From the NCBI GenBank assembly GCA_030638935.1, contig DAOWDR010000532.1, positions 1 to 24,601 on the forward strand: a stretch of 24,601 nucleotides of DNA. Direction: 5' to 3'. How positions within the stretch are numbered: position 1 is the stretch's first letter; every line of letters starts with the position of its first letter. This DNA is from Desulfobacteraceae bacterium (GTDB taxonomy: Bacteria; Desulfobacterota; Desulfobacteria; Desulfobacterales; Desulfobacteraceae). The notes beneath the pieces were generated by a model. The model was not told where the DNA came from. It saw only the letters and a program-made list of their open reading frames with translations, and made no database searches. Below, piece by piece: positions 6,028 through 12,993 of this stretch. Position numbers and translations under genes: made by a program.

Positions 6028-8040
6028 ATGCACCAGGAAAAAAATACCGTAGATAAACTGGAGAAACGAATTTTATATCTAAGGTCCTGTTTTTCCAACT
6101 ATAATATAGTTCGGATGCGGGAGGCATTGCGATATCTTGCCGGCCCGAAACTTGAACTATTCATAAAAATTCCCTTTCTCATCCATGTCAATCTGCCTGA
6201 GTTTCCGGGATACATTGATTCAGATATAACCGCCCACGGAATTCACAATTTTGAACAATCCGGATTTTATAAAGAAGTTCTCAAACAAAGCCTGTTACCG
6301 GGAAATGCCATTTCCCGGTATACGGCCATTGATCCTTGTGTACAAGGATTTTATCACATCGGCAGTCTGGGTACCTTTACCCAGTCGGCAGGATCTGATT
6401 TCGACTATTGGGTAATCATTGACAAGAAAAAATTTTCCGACATGCGGTATTACAACCTTGAAAAGAAACTGGACCACATCCTTAAATTCAGCAGGGAAAG
6501 CTATGACCAGGAAGTAACTTTTTTTATCATGGATCAGGAAGATATCCAAAAAAATTGTTATGCCCGGTTTAATGAACAAGAAACCCTGACGGCTCCAAAA
6601 ATTTTTTTAAAGGAAGAATTTTATAGAACCTTTTTAATGATTGCCGGAAAAATCCCTTTCTGGACCATACTGCCAAGCCAAAGTGATACCGATACCTATA
6701 CTGCCCTTGTTAAAAATATCTCATCCATTGCCCAGTTAAAACCCATTTCCAGAGAATTTATTGACCTGGGAAACATTGAAATTCCCGGACCCCAGGATAT
6801 TATAAAAGGTCTTTTATGGCATATCTGCAAAGCCCGGTTTGATCCGGTCAAGGCCTTGATAAAGGCATCCATGATTTTTTCAACCGGCTTTGATCAGCCG
6901 GATCAAACAGGGCTTTTATGCGATGACATCAAGACAAGATATGCTAAAGCCGGCATTGATGATTACCACGCCGACCCCTATAAAATGCTTTTTGACCGGA
7001 TACTTAGGTTTCACCAAAAGCAGGATACCAAGGGACTGAACCTGATAAAAAATGCTATATTTTTCAGGCTCTGCGGATATCCAAAGGTATCGCTGCCGGA
7101 AATTGGTTCTCCCAAACGACAATTGCTGGACTGGTATATCCGAAACTGGAATCTCAACCAGTCCCAGGTAAACAAACTGCTCTCCTACATCACATGGGCA
7201 GAGCCGGAAAAGCTGCTCCTTGAAAAAACCATCATCACCCGTCTGGCATTTATGCACCAGACGATTCAAAACAAATATCCCTCCACCCACGGAGATGAGG
7301 TCACTGACACGGAAAAAAGAAATTTTAAAATTCTCGTCCATAAAACAGAAGAACGTTTGAACAAGGCCAAAGAAAAAATCCCTGAATGTTCCACCTATTT
7401 GAAACGACAAAAATTTCAATTATTTCTTCTCCAGCAAAAACGGGCCGGCGTCTGGCATTTGTCCTGTTATTTAAACCGAGAGCCCCGGCCCCGAAAACTC
7501 CATGGGGCCCCGTCTCTTTTAGGCCTGTTGGGATGGATTCTTGAAAACCAGCTCTATGAACGATCCCAAAGCTCAATGAAAATTGATGTTCCTTTACACC
7601 TGTTTGAAAGCCATGCCCGTCCTGTGGACCCGGACAAATTGTATCTGCCTCTTCAGCCGCTCAAACCCTTATCCGATGATATGTTTGAAGATTCCCCGGC
7701 CTGGTCAAAATTGATAATTCTTCTGGTATACCCGGAAAAAAAAGGAAAAAACAAGTTGGAAAGGGCGGAATTTCTGGCCTTAAACACCTGGGGGGAATTA
7801 TTTTTGGACACATTGACCCTTGACACAGACAAAAACATAGGGGATAGGTATGAAGATATCGCAATGAAAATTAATGGATACAAGGAAACCGGCCTGCGGT
7901 TATATTTTTTCCAATTGGCGAAGAAACATGATCCAGAGGCCGTATTTGAAATCAAGCAACACCTGGCTGCCGGATCTGTGAAGCAATATGGCCGTTCCGT
8001 TGGCTCTGGCAGAAACCGTCCAATGCTGGACAGATTATAG
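6028..8040 (+). CDS. cyaA: Class I adenylate cyclase
   Basis: GFYHIGSLGTFTQSAGSDFDYW (nucleotidyltransferase G-S...SDxDxW), KEEFYRT...AGKIPFW and PVKALIKA match class I AC motifs; 670 aa. Confidence 0.85.
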   Translation: MHQEKNTVDKLEKRILYLRSCFSNYNIVRMREALRYLAGPKLELFIKIPFLIHVNLPEFPGYIDSDITAHGIHNFEQSGFYKEVLKQSLLPGNAISRYTAIDPCVQGFYHIGSLGTFTQSAGSDFDYWVIIDKKKFSDMRYYNLEKKLDHILKFSRESYDQEVTFFIMDQEDIQKNCYARFNEQETLTAPKIFLKEEFYRTFLMIAGKIPFWTILPSQSDTDTYTALVKNISSIAQLKPISREFIDLGNIEIPGPQDIIKGLLWHICKARFDPVKALIKASMIFSTGFDQPDQTGLLCDDIKTRYAKAGIDDYHADPYKMLFDRILRFHQKQDTKGLNLIKNAIFFRLCGYPKVSLPEIGSPKRQLLDWYIRNWNLNQSQVNKLLSYITWAEPEKLLLEKTIITRLAFMHQTIQNKYPSTHGDEVTDTEKRNFKILVHKTEERLNKAKEKIPECSTYLKRQKFQLFLLQQKRAGVWHLSCYLNREPRPRKLHGAPSLLGLLGWILENQLYERSQSSMKIDVPLHLFESHARPVDPDKLYLPLQPLKPLSDDMFEDSPAWSKLIILLVYPEKKGKNKLERAEFLALNTWGELFLDTLTLDTDKNIGDRYEDIAMKINGYKETGLRLYFFQLAKKHDPEAVFEIKQHLAAGSVKQYGRSVGSGRNRPMLDRL

Positions 8041-8048
8041 GAAAACTT

Positions 8049-9059
8049 ATGCAAGATAAATCCATACTGGTGGTCAGTGAAAAGGAAAAAGAAAGAATAG
8101 ATCTGACCCGAACTTTGAAAAAAATCGGATATGAAAAAATACTGTCTGTCCAAGGCGGAGGAAATGCATGGGCTTTTTTAAAATCAAAAAAAATCGACTG
8201 TGTCATCTCTTCCTATGACATGGAAGAGATGTCCGGGCTCGCCCTGTTAAAAATCCTTAGAAGGGAAGAATCCGTGGCGGATTTGCCCTTTTTTCTCACC
8301 AATGATGCCTTTACCAAAATCAAGGTGATACGGGCGGGACAAATCGGTGTGACCGGACTTTTTGTGATTCCCTATAATTGGAAAGGGATGAAAGCCAAAC
8401 TTTCCATGGCCATTGAAAAAATCAAGGACCCAGTGGTCGTCCAGGTGGAAGAAAGTTTGGAAAAGGGAATTGACCTCATTGAAAAACAGGAATTCGCCAA
8501 GGCCCTGGAAGTATTTAAATCCCTTGTCAACCAAAAAGAAAATCCTGAATATTATTTTAATATTGGATATATAAAGACCTCCCAGGGAGAGCATAGTGAG
8601 GCCATTGAAGCCTTTTCCAAGGCCACCCAGCTGGACAGGCTTTTCGTCAAAGCCTATGAAGCCATGGGAAGGGCCTACAAGGCACTTGGCGATGCTAAAA
8701 AATCGGAAGAATGCCTCCAGGTTGCAGCTGAAATTTACATGGACACGGACAAACTAGGCTCAGCCGAAGAGATTCTCAATGAAGTTCTTGAAGCCGGATC
8801 AAATTCCCTAAACGTATTCAACACCCTGGGGGTACTCCACCGAAAAAAAGGGGATGTGGAACAGGCCTTGCGCCAATACAAAAAAGCATTGAAAGTCCAC
8901 CCGGACGAACCCTATATTTATTACAATATAGGCCGGCTATACCTGGACATGAAAAATACAAACAAAGCCAAAGTCTATTTCCAGTCGGCCCTGGACAAGG
9001 ACCATGGATTTGAGGAAGCCAAACAGGTAATCAAGGCCATTGACCTGGGGCTTGTGTGA
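8049..9059 (+). CDS. Atypical (pseudo) receiver domain plus TPR repeats
   Basis: N-terminal ~125 aa has a CheY-like pattern (ILVV, DCVIS..DM.EMSGL.LL, GVTGLFVIP). The C-terminus has about 6 TPRs (e.g. VFNTLGVLHRKKGDVEQALRQYKKALKVHP). Starts 8 nt after the cyaA stop. Confidence 0.85.
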   Translation: MQDKSILVVSEKEKERIDLTRTLKKIGYEKILSVQGGGNAWAFLKSKKIDCVISSYDMEEMSGLALLKILRREESVADLPFFLTNDAFTKIKVIRAGQIGVTGLFVIPYNWKGMKAKLSMAIEKIKDPVVVQVEESLEKGIDLIEKQEFAKALEVFKSLVNQKENPEYYFNIGYIKTSQGEHSEAIEAFSKATQLDRLFVKAYEAMGRAYKALGDAKKSEECLQVAAEIYMDTDKLGSAEEILNEVLEAGSNSLNVFNTLGVLHRKKGDVEQALRQYKKALKVHPDEPYIYYNIGRLYLDMKNTNKAKVYFQSALDKDHGFEEAKQVIKAIDLGLV

Positions 9060-9147
9060 CCCTGGGTTCTCTTAACCCAGATAAAATGGATAAGTAACTT
9101 AACAAAATATTTTTTACCAAAAAAATGCAAAAAATATTTCTAAATTA

Positions 9148-9699
9148 CTAAAGCCAGATGGGATGAATTTCATCCAAAAGATCCTTTGTGCACTGAACAA
9201 CGGCAGACAGCCTGAAATACCGCAATGCCATGCCAAGGTCCAGGGTCAACAGCCGAAGATAGGACAGCTCTTGGTCTGATATTTTCCAGGGTTCTGAATG
9301 ATAAAGCCTCAAAGCGCCTATTATTCTTCCCCTCAGATTAATTGGTAGGGACACAATGGACCGGATACCCTCTTTTTCCCCTTTTTCAGGGTATTGCAGA
9401 CGATTACTGCCCTTTGTATCGTTTATGATCACAGGTTTGAGATTTGCTGCAAGCTTGATGCTCTTGTCAACAAGGATGGGACCTTTATTGACATATTCGA
9501 TGCTCAATCCTTCAGTGGCAAGAATTTCCAGGGTTTCGTTTCCCGGGTTTACCACAAAAATACTGGCCCCTTTCACCCCCATGGTGGAAACCAGCAAATG
9601 GGTGACCAGGGAGCCCATTATGGAGGGATTATTTGCATCAAAAACAGTCTCCACAATTAATTTATATCTTTCAAGGTCGATTTTGTAATCACTTGACAT
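9148..9699 (-). CDS. Stand-alone GAF domain protein, 183 aa
   Basis: GVKGASIFVVN...LEILATEGLS...EGIRSIVSLPINLRGRIIGALRLY is a GAF pattern; AGGAGG lies upstream of the ATG at 9699. Confidence 0.85.
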   Translation of the reverse strand: MSSDYKIDLERYKLIVETVFDANNPSIMGSLVTHLLVSTMGVKGASIFVVNPGNETLEILATEGLSIEYVNKGPILVDKSIKLAANLKPVIINDTKGSNRLQYPEKGEKEGIRSIVSLPINLRGRIIGALRLYHSEPWKISDQELSYLRLLTLDLGMALRYFRLSAVVQCTKDLLDEIHPIWL

Positions 9700-9733
9700 A
9701 TCTGCCTCCTGTAGTTGTTGATCTACCATTTTC

Positions 9734-10198
9734 TTAATTAACAATATGAACCCCGATCCCTCCCTCAACATGCCGGGTAACTCTTTTTGAAATGCTTCTG
9801 CTAAAATAATTGATAATATTACCCGGATTTCGATTCAACACAACCACGTCGAATTTTCCTCTCTTCCAAAGCCGGATGATATCATCGGCAATATCCTGCC
9901 GTACAGCCAGGTATAGGCAGTGGATATGGTCGCCGTTAAACCCGTAATTCATAAGCGCTTGCCTGGCTGCTTCCAAGGCTTGTTTCTCCTCATCCTGCCT
10001 CAATCTAAGGTAGGAGGTGTTGCGATTCACTTTGTCCATGATGGGGCTATTGCGGGTATCAATTTCCGGAACAGGAGTAAAGGCGTGAAACAAAGTAATT
10101 TCAACCTCTTTTCTTTTCCCATACCTCTGACCGACAAATTCAATGGCAATTTCATCATTCACCGTAAAATTATAGGGTATCAGTATATTAATCGGCAT
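9734..10198 (-). CDS. Universal stress protein family, 154 aa
   Basis: NILIPYNFT...ITLFHAF...DIADDIIRL...FDVVVL...SISKRV is the USP pattern; AGGAGG lies upstream of the ATG at 10198. Confidence 0.75.
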   Translation of the reverse strand: MPINILIPYNFTVNDEIAIEFVGQRYGKRKEVEITLFHAFTPVPEIDTRNSPIMDKVNRNTSYLRLRQDEEKQALEAARQALMNYGFNGDHIHCLYLAVRQDIADDIIRLWKRGKFDVVVLNRNPGNIINYFSRSISKRVTRHVEGGIGVHIVN

Positions 10199-10634
10199 CC
10201 TGACCTCCTTTTCATAAAAATTTAAAATTGTTGCGGCAATGCCAAAAGACAAGTTCGTTCTGTGTCAACGGGAAATCAAACGCATATTAGAATGGAGCCG
10301 TAAGAATGATATAAAATCAGTGGGTCGTGATAAGATTAGATCCATATAACCTGGATACTATAAAATATACCAGAGACACCCTAAGTTGTAAATTGATTTA
10401 CCTGTATTTTTTTATCTTTGTCCCGGAATTTGTCCCTGGGCAGACATTTATCCCAGAATATTTTTATTATGATTTGACAATAAATCAGACAAATTGATAA
10501 ACTGGCACAAGGAATAATGCGAAATTGAAACTGAGTGGTTAATTTTTCGATTCGGTACTTTTCGATTCTACTTGCAGCAAGTTCTGTCAATTTTTTTCAC
10601 AATTAATTGTTTTTATTAAAAAAAGGAGTTAATT

Positions 10635-10970
10635 ATGGCAGTTTCCATTATTATCAAAAGATTGGTTAAAGATGAAACCATGGCCGCCCAACTATCCCCT
10701 TTTATTGTGCAACTCAGATCCCGTGCTGCTGTTCAGCCGGGATTTCTCACAGACCAGACCTTCAGTTGCCTGGACTGTGAAGGGGAGTATCTGATCATGA
10801 GCACCTGGCATACCCTGGAAGACTGGAATAAATGGATGCACAGCGAGGAACGCCAAGCCATCCAGCGCCAGATAGATGGATTGCTGGGAGAAAAGACCAT
10901 TTACCGGTATTATGAACCGATTGTGGGCGGTATCATCCCCAGGTTTCATCCGAACCTGGTGGAAGAATAA
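10635..10970 (+). CDS. Antibiotic biosynthesis monooxygenase (ABM) family protein
   Basis: IIIKRLV...LRSRAAVQPGFL...YLIMSTWHTLEDWNKWMHSEER ferredoxin-like ABM pattern; AAGGAG RBS. Confidence 0.85.
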   Translation: MAVSIIIKRLVKDETMAAQLSPFIVQLRSRAAVQPGFLTDQTFSCLDCEGEYLIMSTWHTLEDWNKWMHSEERQAIQRQIDGLLGEKTIYRYYEPIVGGIIPRFHPNLVEE

Positions 10971-10980
10971 TTTAATTAAC

Positions 10981-11301
10981 TCATTTATTCTCGGGACTTT
11001 TTGCACACTCTGTGGAAGTATCCCCGGACCCGTCGTCAGAGGTTAGGCCAAGATGTTGTTTCACCTGGATGATATCGTTGACTTCCACCATCCAGGTAGC
11101 ATCCCCTGATAGCACCACCGGAACAAAGGATAGAACGACTTCGCACAAGCCACTCTGATCCTTTTTATATACGATTTTTGCTTCCTTGGGCAGGGAAACA
11201 TGTTGTGAATGCCAATCCATATCAACATGGGTGCAAACAGAGGCAGCAGAAACATCAGAACTTAATACCAGCAACAAAAAAAATACCAAAATCCTTCTCA
11301 T
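10981..11301 (-). CDS. Small secreted protein, possibly a DsbC N-terminal-like domain
   Basis: Signal-peptide-like MRRILVFFLLLVLSSDVSA; AGAGGA upstream; GLCEVVLS...VVLSGDATWMV resembles the DsbC/G dimerisation domain. The family call is weak. Confidence 0.5.
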   Translation of the reverse strand: MRRILVFFLLLVLSSDVSAASVCTHVDMDWHSQHVSLPKEAKIVYKKDQSGLCEVVLSFVPVVLSGDATWMVEVNDIIQVKQHLGLTSDDGSGDTSTECAKSPENK

Positions 11302-11481
11302 CTTCGATTGTCCTCTTCACAGGTTATTTCATCGATTCATCAAATTTTTTCGGGGCAATTCAATCCAAGAAATATTCATTTGTTAACGATTATAGAAGGG
11401 GATCACCTTACCTGCTACAGGGAGGATCAGGAGGAAGGCAACCAGAATGTCCTGATCAAAATGCAGGGCATGCACAAATAC

Positions 11482-11521
11482 AAAAGAGCCCCTGAACAGA
11501 ATATTGTTCAGGAGCTCTTTT
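11482..11521. terminator. Intrinsic terminator of the cold-shock gene (possibly bidirectional)
   Basis: AAAAGAGC-C-CCTGAACA-gaatat-TGTTCAGG-A-GCTCTTTT; the C/A mismatch becomes a U-G pair on the minus strand; 49 nt past the csp stop. Confidence 0.8.
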
Positions 11522-11570
11522 ATTTTTTCAAGTCACCAAGATGACTTTTTTAGCTAAGTAAAACAGCTAA

Positions 11571-11774
11571 CTAAAGCACGGTTACATTTGTTGCAGCAGG
11601 ACCTTTCTGTCCTTCTTCAATATCAAAGGAAACACGGTCTCCTTCATTCAGGGATTTAAAACCTGTTGAATTGATGCCTGAATGATGCACAAATACATCC
11701 TTTCCGCCGTCTTCTTGTTCAATAAAACCAAAACCCTTTGAGTCGTTAAACCATTTTACAGTACCGTTAGCCAT
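11571..11774 (-). CDS. cspA: Cold-shock protein, CspA family, 67 aa
   Basis: [18 protein letters not shown] (RNP1), DVFVHHS (RNP2), KGPAATNV; AGGAG RBS. The paralogue name cannot be resolved. Confidence 0.97.
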   Translation of the reverse strand: MANGTVKWFNDSKGFGFIEQEDGGKDVFVHHSGINSTGFKSLNEGDRVSFDIEEGQKGPAATNVTVL

Positions 11775-11903
11775 ATTGGCAATCTCCTATTGTAATAAAA
11801 AAAAATACAAGTTTCAAACCCTGGGCAATGCCTCTTTAATTTTTGGACGTACACCTTTAGGATGAAACCTAAGCGCTTCACAGACTACAGCGCAAACGCA
11901 ACA

Positions 11904-11931
11904 AGAATATAGAAATGACGACAAAAGTCAA
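11904..11931 (-). promoter_or_regulatory. Candidate sigma70 promoter of csp, implying a 5' UTR of about 120 nt
   Basis: TTGACT (11931-11926), 16 bp spacer, TATTCT (11909-11904). Confidence 0.55.
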
Positions 11932-11982
11932 GCACTAAATTAATTAAATTTTTAATTGCCGCATGAAGAAAAGACTCAATGC

Positions 11983-12012
11983 TTGACGCATGTAAACCCA
12001 ATGGTCTATACT
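11983..12012 (+). promoter_or_regulatory. Candidate sigma70 promoter of the sucrose operon
   Basis: TTGACG (11983-11988), 18 bp spacer, TATACT (12007-12012). Confidence 0.55.
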
Positions 12013-12099
12013 TACCCTGATAATAATATTCTTTCAAAATTATTTACCCCAAGAAAGAATCGAATCCAAAATATTCTTTCTTGCATACTGAAGATCACC

Positions 12100-12993
12100 A
12101 TGATTTTAGTGATAGGCGAAATTTTATTTGACCTTTTCCCGACCTATAAACGAATCGGTGGTGCCCCCTTTAATTTTGCCTTTCACCTGAAAAAGCTGGG
12201 GCTCCCGGTCCGATTTGTTTCCAGGGTCGGAAATGATATCCATGGAAATCAAATCCTGGATTTTCTGGAACTTAACCAATTTGATACCAAGGATATCCAA
12301 AGGGACCCTGAACATGCTACCGGAACCGTCGCCATTGACTTGGATAAAGATGGGAATCATACCTTTTCCATAATTTCCGACACCGCCTATGACCATATTG
12401 CCTTTGATAAAAACTTGGAGGCTCTCTGTCACAGGCCCTGGGATCTTCTCTATTTCGGAACCCTGATCCAGCGCACCCCAAATGGAGCCAAGCTGGTTCA
12501 AAAACTGCTTTCAAAAAAATCGAGAAAAGCAGTGGGATTCTGCGATATCAACCTGAGGCCTGATTGTTATACAAGGGCTACCATTGAGGCATCCCTTAAG
12601 GCTGCAGATATTCTCAAGCTCAACCAGGAGGAACTTGAAAAAATATCCGGTGATGAAAAAAAAGACCAAACCCTTGGGAAACAAGTGAGCAGACTGATGA
12701 CAACCCATTCTCTGGACCTTGTGATTCTTACCTTGGGAGAACAGGGCAGCAAGTGGTTCACAAAAACAACCTCAAAACAAAGATCAGCAACCAGGAACCA
12801 GCCTATAATCGATACTGTGGGAGCAGGAGATGCCTATGCAGCCATGGCGGTTGCCGGACTCCTTTCCGGTCTTCCCAATACAGCTGCCATGGAGCTTGCA
12901 CGAAAATTTGCAGGTAATATCTGCGGTTTCAAAGGCGCCCTACCGGACAACAATGATATTTACCAAAAATTCAAAGGGAGGCTTAAACGATAA
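12100..12993 (+). CDS. PfkB-family carbohydrate kinase, probably fructokinase, 297 aa
   Basis: MILVIGEILFD, GGAPFNFA...VSRVGND, DINLRP and DTVGAGDAY motifs. The family N-terminus fixes the start at 12100, not 11956. Substrate inferred from gene context. Confidence 0.9.
   Translation: MILVIGEILFDLFPTYKRIGGAPFNFAFHLKKLGLPVRFVSRVGNDIHGNQILDFLELNQFDTKDIQRDPEHATGTVAIDLDKDGNHTFSIISDTAYDHIAFDKNLEALCHRPWDLLYFGTLIQRTPNGAKLVQKLLSKKSRKAVGFCDINLRPDCYTRATIEASLKAADILKLNQEELEKISGDEKKDQTLGKQVSRLMTTHSLDLVILTLGEQGSKWFTKTTSKQRSATRNQPIIDTVGAGDAYAAMAVAGLLSGLPNTAAMELARKFAGNICGFKGALPDNNDIYQKFKGRLKR

Noticed and set aside
9062-9080. Hairpin CTGGGTT-ctctt-AACCCAG after the TPR gene as a terminator
   Set aside because: The 7-bp stem has no adjacent U-tract on either strand.
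10503-10520. sigma54-like TGGCAC...TGC
   Set aside because: GG-to-GC spacing is 13 nt, not the required 10.
10544-10573. Direct repeat TTTTCGATTC(GG)TACTT x2 upstream of the ABM gene
   Set aside because: Two copies only, in AT-rich DNA; could be a local duplication, and no matching regulator motif is known to me.
10584-10602. Rex-like site CTGTCAA-N5-TTCACAA
   Set aside because: Spacing is 5 rather than 4 and the left arm has two mismatches.
10981-10983. Sec read-through at the TGA ending the secreted protein
   Set aside because: A TAA follows within two codons and there is no SECIS-like hairpin.
11308-11544. 78-aa plus-strand ORF, possibly a gene fragment (IEGDHLTCYREDQEEGNQNVLIKMQG)
   Set aside because: No RBS, runs through the csp terminator, and I cannot assign a family. 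A blastx could revisit it.
11956-12099. 48-aa N-terminal extension of the PfkB kinase
   Set aside because: TTG start overlapping the predicted promoter; the family N-terminus begins at 12100.
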